Assembly: GCA_964016885.1 (NCBI GenBank)
Contig: OZ024752.1
Location: 23,126,001-23,190,000, forward strand
Reading direction: 5' to 3'
DNA from: Eledone cirrhosa
Taxonomy: Eukaryota
Length of the DNA stretch: 64,000 nt
A program made the translations under genes and the position numbers. Numbering within the stretch: position 1 is the first letter of the stretch; each line of letters begins with the position of its first letter. Below the pieces are notes generated by a model, which saw only the letters and a list, made by a program, of their open reading frames with translations, was not told where the DNA came from and ran no database searches. Shown here piece by piece: positions 27,722 through 43,300 of this stretch.

Positions 27722-30700
27722 GACTGTCATTCTATCTCACGTTCTAACCACTGTCATTCTATCTGACGTTCTAGTGACTGTCATTCTATCAGAATTTCTA
27801 ACGTCTGTCATTTGATCTGATGTTCTAACCACTGTCATTCTATCTGACGTTCTAACGACTGCCATTCTATCTGACGTTCTAACGACTGTCATTCTATCTG
27901 CCGTTTTAGAGACTGTCGTTCTACCTTACGTTCTCACAACTGTCAGTCTATCTGACGTTCTAACGACTGTCATTCTATTTGATGTTCTAACGACTGTCAT
28001 TCTATATGACGTTCTAGCGACTGCCATTCCATCTGACGTTCTAACGACTGTCATTCTATCTGCCGTTTTAGAGACTGTCGTTCTATCTTACGTTCTCACA
28101 ACTGTCAGTCTATCTGACGTTCTAACGACTGTCATTCTATTTGATGTTCTAACGACTGTCATTCTATCTGACGTTCTAGCGACTGTCATTCTATCTGACG
28201 TTCTAACCACTGTCATTCTATCTGACGTTCTAGTGACTGTCATTCTATCTGACGTTCTAACCACTGTCATTCTATCTGACGTTCTAGTGATTGTCATTCT
28301 ATCTGACGTTCTAACGTCTGTCATTTGATCTGATTTTCTAACGACTGTCATTCTATCTGACGTTCTAACGACTGACATTCTATCTGACGGTCTAGCGTCT
28401 GTCATTCTATCTGAGTTCTAACGACTGTCATTCTATCTGACGTCCTAGCGACTGTCATTCTATCTGACGTTCTAACCACTGTCATTCTGACGTTCTAGTG
28501 ACTGTCATTCTATCTGACGTTCTAACGACTGTCATTCTATCTGACATTCTAGCGATTGTCATTCTATCTGACGTTCTTATGACTGTCATTCTATCTGACG
28601 TTCTAGCAACTGTCAATCTATCTAACGTTCTAGCGATTGTCATTCTAACTGACGTTCTAACGACTATCATTCTATCTGACATTCTAGCGACTGTCATTCT
28701 ATCTGACGTTCTAACGACTGCCATTCTATCTAACGTTCTAACGCCTGTCATTCTATCTGATGTTCTAACCAGTCATTCTATCTGACGTTCTAGCGACTGC
28801 CATTCCCTCTGACGTTCTAACGACTGTCATTCTATCTGCCGATTTAGAGACTGTCGTTCTATCTTACGTTCTAACAACTGTCAGTCTATCTGACGTTCTA
28901 ACGACTGTCATTCTATCTGATGTTCTAACGACTGTCATTCTATCTGACGTTCTAGCGACTGTCATTCTATCTGACGTTCTAACCACTGTCATTCTATCTA
29001 ACGTCCTAGCGATTGTCATTCTATCTGACGTTCTAACGACTGTCATTCTGACGTTCTAGCGACTGTCATTTTCTCTAACGTTCTAGTGACTGTAATTCTA
29101 TCTAAATTTCTAACGACTGTCATTCTATCTGACGTTCTAACGTATGTCATTTGATCTGATGTTCTAACGACTGTCATTCTAGCTGACGTTCTAACGATTG
29201 ACATACTATCTGATTTTCTAACGTCTGTCATTCTATCTGAGTTCTAACGACTGTCATTCTATCTGACGTCCTAGCGACTGTCATTCTATCTGACGTTCTA
29301 ACGACTGTCATTCTGACGTTCTAGCGACTGTCATTTTCTCTAACGTTCTAGTGACTGTAATTCTATCTGACGTTCTAACGACTGTCATTCTATCTGACAT
29401 TCTAGCGACTGTCATTCTATCTGACGTTCTTATGACTGTCATTCTATCTGACGTTCCAGCAACTGTCAATCTATCTAACGTTCTAGCGATTGTCATTCTA
29501 TCTGAGGTTCTAGCGACTGTCATTCCATCTAACGTTCTAGCGACTGTCATTCTATTTGATGTTCTAACGACTGTCATTCTATCTGACGTTCTAACCAGTC
29601 ATTCCATCTGACGTTCTAGCGACTGTCATTCTATCTGACGTTCTAACGACTGTCATTCTATCTGCCGTTTTAGAGACTGTCATTCTATCTTACGTTCTAA
29701 CAACTGTCAGTCTATCTAACGTTTTAACGACTGTCATTCTATCTGATGTTCTAACGACTGTCATTCTATCTGACGTTCTAGTGACTGTCATTCTATCTGA
29801 ATTTCTAACGACTGTCATTCTATCTGACGTTCTAACGTCTGTCATTTGATCTGATGTTCTAACGACTGTCATTCTATCTGACGTTCTAACGTCTGTCATT
29901 TGATCTGATGTTCTAACGACTGTCAGTCTATCTGACCTCCTAGCGACTGTCATTTTCTCTGACGTTCTAGCGACTGTCATTCTATTTGATGTTCTAACGA
30001 CTGTCATTCTATCTGACGTTCTAACCAGTCATTCCATCTGACGTTCTAGCGACTGTCATTCTATCTGACGTTCTAACGACTGTCATTCTATTTGCCGATT
30101 TTGAGACTGTCGTTCTATCTTACGTTCTAACAACTGTCAATCTAACTGACGTTTTAACCACTGTCATTCTATCTGACGTTCTTACGACTGTCATTCTATC
30201 TGACGTTCTAGCGACTGTCAATCTATCTAACGTTCTAGCGATTGTCATTTTATCAGACGTTCTAACGGCTGTCATTCTATCTGACCTTCTAGCAAATGTC
30301 ATTCTATCTGACGTTCTAACGACTGTCATTCTATCTGACGTTCTGGCGACTGTCATTCTATCTGACGTTCTAACGCCTGTCATTCTATTTGACGTTCTGA
30401 CGACTGCCATTCTACCTGACGTTCTAACCACTGTCATTCTATCTGACGTTCTAACGACTGTCATTCTATCTGACATTCTAGCGACTGTCATTCTATCTGA
30501 CGTTCTAACGACTGCCATTCTATCTGACGTTCTAACGCCTGTCATTCTATCTGACGTTCTAGCGACTGTCATTCTATCTTTACGTTCTAGCGACTGTCAT
30601 TCTATCTGATGTTCTAGCGACTGTCATTCTATCTGACGTTCTAACCACTGTCATTCTATCTGGCGTTCTAGCGACTGTCATTCTATCTGACGTTCTAACG

Positions 30701-31339
30701 ACTGTAATTCTATCTGACATTCTAGCGATTGTCATTCTATCTGACGTTCTAACAACTGTCATTCTATCTGACGTTCTAATGACTGTAATTCTATCTGACA
30801 TTCTAGCAACTGTCATTCTATCTGAAGTTCTAGCGACTCTCATTCTATCTGACGTTCTGCGACTGTCATTCTATCTGACGTTTTAACCACTGTCATTCTA
30901 TCTGACGTTCTTATGACTGTCATTCTAGCTGACGTTCTAGCAACTGTCAATCTAACTAACGTTCTAGCGATTGTCATTCTATCTGACGTTCTAACGACTG
31001 TCATTTTATCAGACGTTCTAACGGCTGTCATTCTATTTGACGTTCTAACCAGTCATACCATCTGACGTTCTAGCGACTGTCATTCTATCTGACGTTCTAA
31101 CGACTGTCATTCTATCTGCCGATTTAGAGACTGTCGTTCTATCTTACGTTCTAACAACTGTCAATCTAACTGACGTTTTAACCACTGTCATTCTATATGA
31201 CGTTCTTATGACTGTCATTCTATCTGACGTTCTAGCGACTGTCAATCTATCTAACGTTCTAGCGATTGTCATTCTATCTGACGTTCTAACGACTGTCATT
31301 TTATCAGACGTTCTAACGGCTGTCATTCTAGCTGACGTT

Positions 31340-34300
31340 CTAGCGACTGTCATTCTATCTTAGTTCTAATGACTGTCATTCTATCTGACGTCCTAGCGAC
31401 TGTCATACTATCTGACGTTCTAACCACTGTCATTCTATCTGACGTTCTAACGACTGTCATTCTATCTTACGTTCTAACCAATGTCATTCTATCTGACGTT
31501 CTAACGACTGTCATTCTATCTGACGTTCTAGCGACTGTCATTCTATTTCACGTTCTAACGACTGTCATTCTATCTGACATTCTAGATATTGTCATTCTAT
31601 CTGACGTTCTAACAACTGTCATTCTATCTGACGTTCTAATGACTGTCATTCTATCTGACATTCTAGCAACTGTCATTCTCTCTGAAGTTCTAACGACTGT
31701 AATTCTATCTGACGTTCTAACGCCTGTCATTCTATTTGACGTTCTAACGATTCTCATTCTATATGACGTTCTAGCGACTGTCATTCCATCTGACGTTCTA
31801 ACGACTGTCATTCTATCTGCCGTTTTAGAGACTGTCATTCTATCTTACGTTCTAACAACTGTCATTCTATCTGACGTTCTAACGACTGTCATTCTATCTG
31901 ATGTTCTAACGACTGTCATTCTATCTGACGTTCTAGCGACTGTCACTCTATCTTAGTTCTAATGACTGTCATTCTATCCTACGACCTAGCGACTGTCATC
32001 CTATATGATTTTCTAACGACTGTCATTCTATCTGACGTTCTAACGACTGTCATTCTATCTGACGTTCTAGCGATTGTCATCCTATCTGACGTTCTAACGA
32101 CTGTCATTCTATCTGGCGTTCTAATGACTGTCATTCTATCTGACATTATAGCAACTGTCATTCTATCTAACGTTCTAACCACTGTCATTCTATCTGACGT
32201 TCTAGCGATTGTCATCCTATCTGACTCTCTGACGACTGTCATTCTATCTGACGTTCTAACGACTGTCATTCTATCTGAAGTTCTAGCGATTGTCATCCTA
32301 TCTGACGTTCTAACGACTGTCATTCTATCTGACGTTCTAATGACTGTCATTCTATCTGACATTCTAGCAACTGTCTTTCTATCTAACGTTCTAACAACTG
32401 TCATTCTATCTGACATTCTAGCGACTGTCATTCTATCTGACGTTCTAACGACTGTCATTCTATCTGACGTTCTAACGACTGTCATTCTATCTGATGTTCT
32501 AACGATTGTCATTCTATCTGACATTCTAGCAACTGTCATTCTATCTAACGTTCTAACAACTGTCATTCTATCTGACGTTCTAGCGACTGTCATTCTATCT
32601 GACGTTCTAACAACTGTCATTCTATCTAACGTTCTAACGACTGTCATTATATCTGACGTTCTAGCGACTGTCATTCTATCTGACATTTTAACGACTGTCA
32701 TTCTATCTGACGTGCTAACGATGCCATTCTATCTGAATTTCTAGCGACTGTAACTTTATCTGACGTGCTAACGACTGCCATTCTACCTGACGTTCTAGCG
32801 ACTGTCATTCTATGTGACGTTCTAACAACTGTCATTCTATGTGACGTTCTAACGATTGTCATTCTATCATACGTTCAAGCGACTGTCATTCTATTTCACG
32901 TTATAAAGACTGTCATTCTATCTGACATTCTAGCGATTGTCATTCTATCAGACGTTCTAACAATTGTCATTCTATCTGACGTTCTAATGACTGTCATTCT
33001 ATCTGACATTCTATCTAACGTTCTAACAACTGTCATTCTATCTGACGTTCTAGCGACTGTCATTCTCTCTGACGTTCTAACGACTGTCATTCTATCTGAC
33101 GTTCTAACAACTGTCATTCTATCTAACGTTCTAACGACTGTCATTATATCTGACGTTCTAGCGACTGTCATTCTATCTGACATTCTAACCACTGTCATTC
33201 TATCTGACGTTCTAGAAACTGTCATCCTACGTGACCCGCTAGCGACTGTCATTCTATCTGACGTTCTAACCACTGTCATTCTATCTGACGTTCTAGCGAC
33301 TGTCATTCTATCTGAAGTTCTAACGGCAGACATTTTATCTGACGTGCTAACGATGCCATTCTATCTGACGTTCTAGCGATTGTAACTTTATCTGACGTGT
33401 TAACGACTGCCATTCTACCTGACGTTCTAGCGACTTTCATTCTATGTGACGTTCTAACAACTGACATTCTATCTGACGTTCTAACGATTGTCATTCTATC
33501 TGACGTTCTAACCACTGTCATTCTATCTGAGTTCTAACGACTGTCATTCTATCTGACATCCAAGCGACTGTCATTCTATCTGACGTTCTAACCAATGTCA
33601 TTCTATCTGACGTTCTAGCGATTGTCATTTTCTCTGACGTTCTAGTGAATGTCATTCTATCTGACGTTCTAACGACTGTCATTCTATCTGACGTTCAAGT
33701 GACTGTCATTCTATCTGACGTTCTAACCACTGTCATTCTATCTAACATCCTAGATATTGTCATTCTATCTGACGTTCTAACAACTGTCATTCTATCTGAC
33801 GTTCTAATGACTGTCATTCTATCTGACATTCTAGCAACTGTCATTCTCTCTGAAGTTCTAGCGACTGTAATTCTCTCTGACATTCTAACGACTGTCATTC
33901 TATCTGACGTTCTAACCAGTCATTCTAGCTGACGTTCTAGCGACTGTCATTCCATCTGACGTTCTAACGACTGTCATTCTATCTGACGTTCAAGAGACTG
34001 TTATTCTATCTGAATTTCTAACGACTGTCATTCTATGTGACGTTCTAACAACTGTCACTCTATCTGACGTTCTAACGACTGTCATTCTATCTGACGTTCT
34101 AATGACTGTCATTCTATCTGACATTCTAGCCACTGTCATTCTATCTAACTTTCTAACAACTGTCATTCTATCTGACATTCTAGCGACTGTCATTCTATGT
34201 GACGTTCTAACGACTGTCATTCTATCTGACGTTCTAACAACTGTCATTCTATCTGACGTTCTAATGACTGTCATTCTATCTGACATTCTAGCAACTGTCA

Positions 34301-37300
34301 TTCTCTCTGAAGTTCTAACGACTGTAATTCTATCTGACGTTCTAACGCCTGTCATTCTATTTGACGTTCTAACGACTGTCATTCTATCTGACGTTCTAAC
34401 CAGTCATTCTAGCTGACGATCTAGCGACTGTCATTCCATCTGACGTTCTAACGACTGTCATTCTATCTGACGTTCTAGAGACTGTTATTCTATCTGAATT
34501 TCTAACGACTGTCATTCAATCTGACGTTCTAACGTCTGTCATTTGATCTGATGTTCTAACGATTCTCATTCTATATGACGTTCTAGCGACTGTCATTCCA
34601 TCTGACGTTCTAACGACTGTCATTCTATCTGCCGTTTTAGAGACTGTCATTCTATCTTACGTTCTAACAACTGTCATTCTATCTGACGTTCTAACGACTG
34701 TCATTCTATCTGACGTTCTAACGACTGTCATTCTATCTGACGTTCTAGCGATTGTCATGCTATCTGACGTTCTAACGACTGTCATTCTATCTGACGTTCT
34801 AATGACTGTCATTCTATCTGACATTCTAGCAACTGTCATTCTATCTAACGTTCTAACCACTGTCATTCTATCTGACGTTCTAGCGATTGTCATCCTATCT
34901 GACTCTCTGACGACTGTCATTCTATCTGACGTTCTAACGACTGTCATTCTATCTGAAGTTCTAGCGATTGTCATCCTATCTGACGTTCTAACGACTGTCA
35001 TTCTATCTGACGTTCTAATGACTGTCATTCTATCTGACATTCTAGCAACTGTCATTCTATCTAACGTTCTAACAACTGTCATTCTATCTGACATTCTAGC
35101 GACTGTCATTCTATCTGACGTTCTAACGACTGTCATTCTATCTGACGTTCTAACAACTGTCATTCTATCTGACGTTCTAACGACTGTCATTCTATCTGAT
35201 GTTCTAACGATTGTCATTCTATCTGACATTCTAGCAACTGTCATTCTATCTAACGTTCTAACAACTGTCATTCTATCTGACGTTCTAGCGACTGTCATTC
35301 TATCTGACGTTCTAACAACTGTCATTCTATCTAACGTTCTAACGACTGTCATTATATCTGACGTTCTAGCGACTGTCATTCTATCTGACATTTTAACGAC
35401 TGTCATTCTACCTGACGTGCTAACGATGCCATTCTATCTGAATTTCTAGCGACTGTCATTCTATCTGACGTTCTAGCGACTGTCACTCTATCTTAGTTCT
35501 AATGACTGTCATTCTATCCTACGACCTAGCGACTGTCATCCTATATGATTTTCTAACGACTGTCATTCTATCTGACGTTCTAACGACTGTCATTCTATCT
35601 GACGTTCTAGCGATTGTCATCCTATCTGACGTTCTAACGACTGTCATTCTATCTGGCGTTCTAATGACTGTCATTCTATCTGACATTATAGCAACTGTCA
35701 TTCTATCTAACGTTCTAACCACTGTCATTCTATCTGACGTTCTAGCGATTGGCATCCTATCTGACTCTCTGACGACTGTCATTCTATCTGACGTTCTAAC
35801 GACTGTCATTCTATCTGAAGTTCTAGCGATTGTCATCCTATCTGACGTTCTAACGACTGTCATTATATCTGACGTTCTAACGACTGTCATTATATCTGAC
35901 GTTCTAGCGACTGTCATTCTATCTGACATTTTAACGACTGTCATTCTATCTGACGTGCTAACGATGCCATTCTATCTGAATTTCTAGCGACTGTAACTTT
36001 ATCTGACGTGCTAACGACTGCCATTCTACCTGACGTTCTAGCGACTGTCATTCTATGTGACGTTCTAACAACTGTCATTCTATGTGACGTTCTAACGATA
36101 TTCATTCTATCAGACGTTCAAGCGACTGTCATTCTATTTCACGTTATAAAGACTGTCATTCTATCTGACATTCTAGCGATTGTCATTCTATCTGACGTTC
36201 TAACAATTGTCATTCTATCTGACGTTCTAATGACTGTCATTCTATCTGACATTCTATCTAACGTTCTAACAACTGTCATTCTATCTGACGTTCTAGCGAC
36301 TGTCATTCTATCTGACGTTCTAACGACTGTCATTCTATCTGACGTTCTAACAACTGTCATTCTATCTAACGTTCTAACGACTGTCATTATATCTGACGTT
36401 CTAGCGACTGTCATTCTATCTGACATTCTAACCACTGTCATTCTATCTGACGTTCTAGAAACTGTCATCCTACGTGACCCGCTAGCGACTGTCATTCTAT
36501 CTGACGTTCTAACCACTGTCATTCTATCTGACGTTCTAGCGACTGTCATTCTATCTGAAGTTCTAACGGCAGACATTTTATCTGACGTGCTAACGATGCC
36601 ATTCTATCTGACGTTCTAGCGATTGTAACTTTATCTGACGTGTTAACGACTGCCATTCTACCTGACGTTCTAGCGACTTTCATTCTATGTGACGTTCTAA
36701 CAACTGACATTCTATCTGACGTTCTAACGATTGTCATTCTATCTGACGTTCTAACCACTGTCATTCTATCTGAGTTCTAACGACTGTCATTCTATCTGAC
36801 ATCCTAGCGACTGTCATTCTATCTGACGTTCTAACCAATGTCATTCTATCTGACGTTCTAGCGATTGTCATTTTCTCTGACGTTCTAGTGACTGTCATTC
36901 TATCTGACGTTCTAACGACTGTCATTCTATCTGACGTTCAAGCGACTGTCATTCTATCTGACGTTCTAACCACTGTCATTCTATCTGACATCCTAGATAT
37001 TGTCATTCTATCTGACGTTCTAACAACTGTCATTCTATCTGACGTTCTAATGACTGTCATTCTATCTGACATTCTAGCAACTGTCATTCTCTCTGAAGTT
37101 CTAGCGACTGTAATTCTCTCTGACGTTCTAACGACTGTCATTCTATCTGACGTTCTAACCAGTCATTCTAGCTGACGTTCTAGCGACTGTCATTCCATCT
37201 GACGTTCTAACGACTGTCATTCTATCTGACGTTCAAGAGACTGTTATTCTATCTGAATTTCTAACGACTGTCATTCTATGTGACGTTCTAACAACTGTCA

Positions 37301-40300
37301 CTCTATCTGACGTTCTAACGACTGTCATTCTATCTGACGTTCTAATGACTGTCATTCTATCTGACATTCTAGCAACTGTCATTCTATCTAACGTTCTAAC
37401 AACTGTCATTCTATCTGACATTCTAGCGACTGTCATTCTATGTGACGTTCTAACGACTGTCATTCTATCTGACGTTCTAACAACTGTCATTCTATCTGAT
37501 GTTCTAACGACTGTCATTCTATCTGATGTTCTAACGATTGTCATTCTATCTGACATTCTAGCAACTGTCATTCTATCTAACGTTCTAACAACTGTCATTC
37601 TATCTGACGTTCTAGCGACTGTCATTCTATCTGACGTTCTAGCGACTGTCATTCTATCTGACGTTCTTACAACTGTCATTCTATCTAACGTTCTAACGAC
37701 TGTCATTATATCTGACGTTCTAGCGACTGTCATTCTATCTGACATTTTAACGACTGTCATTCTATCTGACGTGCTAACGATGCCATTCTATCTGACTTTC
37801 TAGCGACTGTAACTTTATCTGACGTGCTAACGACTGCCATTCTACCTGACGTTCTAGCGACTGTCATTCTATGTGACGTTCTAACAACTGTCATTCTATC
37901 TGACGTTCTAACGATTGTCATTCTATCAGACGTTCAAGCGACTGTCATTCTATTTCACGTTATAAAGACTGTCATTCTATCTGACATTCTAGCGATTGTC
38001 ATTCTATCTGACGTTCTAACAATTGTCATTCTATCTGACGTTCTAATGACTGTTATTCTATCTGACATTCTATCTAACGTTCTAACAACTGTCATTCTAT
38101 CTGACGTTCTATCGACTGTCATTCTATCTGACGTTCTAACGACTGTCATTCTATCTGACGTTCTAGCGACAGTCATTCTATCTGAAGTTCAAACGACTGT
38201 CATTTTATCTGACGTGCTAACGATGCCATTCTATCTGACGTTCTAGCGACTGTAACTTTATCGGACATGCTAACGACTGCCATTCTATCTGACGTTCTAG
38301 CGACTTTCATTCTATGTGACGTTCTAACAACTGTCATTCTATCTGACGTTCTAACGATTGTCATTCTATCTGACGTTCTAACCACTGTCATTCTATCTGA
38401 GTTCTAACGACTGTCATTCTATCTGACGTCCTAGCGACTGTCATTCTATCTGACGTTCTAACCAATGTCATTCTATCTGACGTTCTAGCGATTGTCATTT
38501 TCTCTGACGTTCTAGTGACTGTCATTCTATCTGACGTTCTAACGACTGTCATTCTATCTGACGTTCAAGCGACTGTCATTCTATTTCATTTTCTAAAGAC
38601 TGTCATTCTATCTGACATTCTAGCGACTGTCATTCTATCTGACGTTCTAACAACCGTCATTCTATCTGACGTTCTAATGACTGTCATTCTATATGACATT
38701 CTAGCAACTGTCATTATATCTAACGTTCTAACCACTGTCATTCTATCTGAAGTTCTAGCGACTGTCATTCCATCTGACGTTCTAACGACTGTCATTCTAT
38801 CTGCCGTTCTAACGACTGTCATTCTATCTGATGTTCTAACGACTGTCATCCTATCTGACTTTCTAACAACTGTCATTCTATCTGACGTTCTAACCACTGT
38901 CATTCTATCTGATGTTCTAACGACTGTCATTCTATCTTACGTTCTAACAACTGTCATTCTATCTGACGTTCTAACGACTGTCATTCTATCTGATTTTCTA
39001 ACTACTGTCATTCTATCTGTCGTTCTAGCGACTGTCATTCTATCTGAGTTCTAATGACTTTCATTCTATCTGACGTCCTAGCGACTGTCATTCTATCTGA
39101 CGTTCTAACCACTGACATTCTATCTGAAGTCCTAGCGACTGTCATGCTATCTGACGTTCTAACCACTGTCATTCTATCTGACGTTCTAGCGATTGTCATC
39201 CTATCTGACTTTCTAACGACTGTCATTCTATCTGACGTTCTAACAACTGTCATTCTATCTGACGTTCTAGCGATTGTCATCCTATTTGACGTTCCAACGA
39301 CTGTCATTCTATCTGACGTTCTAACGACTGTCATTCTATCTGACGTCCTAGCGACTGTCATTCTATCTAACGTTCTAGCGACTGTCATTCTATCTGACGT
39401 TCTAACGACTGTCATTCTATCTGACGTTCTAACAACTGTCATTCTATCTGACGTTCTAATGACTGTCATTCTATCTGAAATTCTAGCAACTGTCATTCTA
39501 TCTAACGTTCTAACAACTGTCATTCTATCTGACGTTCTAGCGACTGTCATTCTATCTGACATTCTAACGACTGTCATTCTATCTGACGTTCTAGCGACTA
39601 TCATTCCATCTGACGTTCTAGCGACTGTCATTCTACCTGACGTTCTAGCGACTGTAACTTTATCTGACGTGCTAACGACTGCCATTCTACCTGACGTTCT
39701 AACAGCTGTCATTCTATCTGACGTTCTAACGATTGTCATTCTATCTGACGTTCTAACCACTGTCATTCTATCTGACGTTCTAGCGACTATCATTCCATCT
39801 GACGTTCTAACGACTGTCATTCTATCTGACGTCCTAGCGACTGTCATTCTATCTGACGTTCTAACGACTGTCATTTTATCTGACGTTCTAACGACTGTCA
39901 TTCTATCTGACGTTCTAACAACTGTCATTCTATCTGACGTTCTAACGACAGTCATTCTATCTGACGTTCAAGCGACTGTCATTCTATTTCACGTTATAAA
40001 GACTGTCATTCTATCTGACATTCTAGCGATTGTCATTCTATGTGACGTTCTAACAACTGTCATTCTATCTGACGTTCTAATGACAGTCATTCTATCTGAC
40101 ATTCTATCTAACGTTCTAACAACTGTCATTCTATCTGACGTTCTAGCGACTGTCATTCTATCTGACATTCTAACGACTGTCATTCTATATGACGTTCTAA
40201 CAACTGTCATTCTATCTAACGTTCTAACGACTGTCATTATTTCTGACGTTCTAGCGACTGTCATTCCATATGACGTTCTAACGACTGTCATTCTATCTGC

Positions 40301-43300
40301 CGTTTTAGAGACTGTCATTCTATCTTACGTTCTAACAACTGTCATTCTATCTGACGTTCTAACCAATGTCATTCTATCTGACGTTCTAGCGATTGTCATT
40401 TTCTCTGACGTTCTAGTGACTGTCATTCTATCTGACGTTCTAACGACTGTCATTCTATCTGACGTTCAAGCGACTGTCATTCTATTTCATGTTCTAAAGA
40501 CTGTTATTCTATCTGACATTCTAGCGACTGTCATTCTATCTGACGTTCTAACAACCGTCATTCTATCTGACGTTCTAATGACTGTCATTATATATGACAT
40601 TCTAGCAACTGTCATTCTATCTGACTTTCTAACAACTGTCATTCTATCTGACGTTCTAACCACTGTCATTCTATCTGATGTTCTAACGACTGTCATTCTA
40701 TCTTACGTTCTAACAACTGTCATTCTATCTGACGTTCTAACGACTGTCATTCTATCTGATTTTCTAACGACTGTCATTCTATCTGACGTTCTAGCGACTG
40801 TCATTCTATCTGAGTTCTAATGACTGTCGTTCTATCTGACGTTCTAACCACTGTCATTCTATCTGACGTTCTAGCGATTATCATCCTATCTGACTTTCTA
40901 ACGACTGCCATTCTATCTGACGTTCTAACGACTGTCATTCTATCTGACGTTCTAGCGATTGTCATCCTATCTGACGTTCTAACGACTGTCATTCTATCTG
41001 ACGTTCTAACGACTGTCATTCTATCTAACCTTCTAGCGACTGTCATTCTATCTGACGTTCTAACGTCTGTCATTCTATCTGACGTTCTAACAACTGTCAT
41101 TCTATCTGACGTTCTAATGACTGTCATTCTATCTGACATTCTAGCAACTGTCATTCTATCTAACGTTCTAACAACTGTCATTCTATCTGACGTTCTAGCG
41201 ACTGTCATTCTATCTGACGTTCTAACGACTGTCATTCTACCTGACATTCTAGCAACTGTCATTCTATCTAACGTTCTAACAACTGTCATTCTATCTGATT
41301 TTCTAACGACTGTCATTCTATCTGACGTTCTAGCGACTGTCATTCTATCTGAGTTCTAATGACTGTCATTCTATCTGACGTCCTAGCGACTGTCATTCTA
41401 TCTGACGTTCTAACCACTGTCATTCTATCTGACGTTCTAGCGACTGTCATTCTATCTGACGTTCTAGCGACTGTCATTCTACCTGACGTTCTAGCGACTG
41501 TAACTTTATCTGACGTGCTAACGACTGCCATTCTACCTGACGTTCTAACAACTGTCATTCTATCTGACGTTCTAACGATTGTCATTCTATCTGACGTTCT
41601 AACCACTGTCATTCTATCTGACGTTCTAACGACTGTCATTCTATCTGACGTTCTAACAACTGTCATTCTATCTGACGTTCTAACGACTGTCATTATATCT
41701 GACGTTCAAGCGACTGTCATTCTATTTCACGTTATAAAGACTGTCATTCTATCTGACATTCTAGCGATTGTCATTCTATCTGACGTTCTAACAACTGTCA
41801 TTCTATCTGACGTTCTAATGACTGTCATTCTATCTGACATTCTATCTAACGCTCTAACAACTGTCATTCTATCTGACGTTCTAGCGACTGTCATTCTATC
41901 TGACATTCTAACGACTGTCATTCTATCTGACGTTCTAACAACTGTCATTCTATCTAACGTTCTAACGACTGTCATTATTTCTGACGTTCTAGCGACTGTC
42001 ATTCCATATGACGTTCTAACGACTGTCATTCTATCTGCCGTTCAAGCGACTGTCATTCTATTTAATTTTCTAAAGACTGTCATTCTATCTGACATTCTAG
42101 CGACTGTCATTCTATCTGACGTTCTAACAACCGTCATTCTATCTGACGTTCTAATGACTGTCATTCTATATGACATTCTAGCAACTGTCATTCTATCTAA
42201 CGTTCTAACCACTGTCATTCTATCTGAAGTTCTAGCGACTGTCATTCCATCTGACGTTCTAACGAGTGTCATTCTATCTGCCGTTCTAACGACTGTCATT
42301 CTATCTGATGGTCTAACGACTGTCATTCTATCTGACTTTCTAACAACCGTCATTCTATCTGACGTCCTAACCACTGTCATTCTATCTGATGTTCTAACGA
42401 CTGTCATTCTATCTTACGTTCTAACAACTGTCATTCTATCTGACGTTCTAACGACTGTCATTCTATCTGATGTTCTAACGACTGTCATTCTATCTGACGT
42501 TCTAGCGACTGTCATTCTATCTGAGTTCTAATGACTGTCATTCTATCTGACGTCCTAGCGACTGTAATTCTATCTGACGTTCTAACCACTGTCATTCTAT
42601 CTGAAGTCCTAGCGACTGTCATTCAATCTGACATTCTAACCACTGTCATTCTATCTGACGTTCTAGCGATTGTCATCCTATCTGACTTTCTAACGACTGT
42701 CATTCTATCTGACGTTCTAACGACTGTCATTCTATCTGAAGTTCTAACGACTGTCATTCTATCTGACGTTCTAACAACTGTCATTCTATCTGACGTTCTA
42801 ATGACTGTCATTCTATCTGACATTCTAGCAACTGTCATTCTATCTAACGTTCTAACAACTGTCATTCTATCTGACGTTCTAGCGACTCTCATTCTATCTG
42901 ACGTTCTAACGACTGACATTCTACCTGACATTCTAGCAACTGTCATTCTATCTAACGTTCTAACAACTGTCATTCTATCTGACGTTCTAGCGACTGTCAT
43001 TCTATCTGACATTCTAACGACTGTCATTCTATCTGACGTTCTAGCGACTGTCATTCTACCTGACGTTCTAGCGACTGTAACTTTATCTGACGTGCTAACG
43101 ACTGCCATTCTACCTGACGTTCTAACGACTGTCATTCTATCTGACGCTCTAACGATTGTCATTCTATCTGACGTTCTAACCACTGTCATTCTATCTGACG
43201 TTCTAGCGACTATCATTCCATCTGACGTTCTAACGACTGTCATTCTATCTGACGTCCTAGCAACTGTCATTCTATTTGACGTTCTAACGACTGTCATTTT

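Larger units (their letters stand above)
17988..37134. repeat. Near-identical tandem duplication, unit 9734 bp (17988-27721 and 27722-about 37134)
   Basis: ORFs from 18354 to 27204 have counterparts at exactly +9734 (18354/28088, 20386/30120, 22228/31962, 25023/34757, 27154/36888). Only isolated substitutions are visible, e.g. PFYMNF versus PFYLNF and TIFFL versus TIFIL. Confidence 0.95.
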
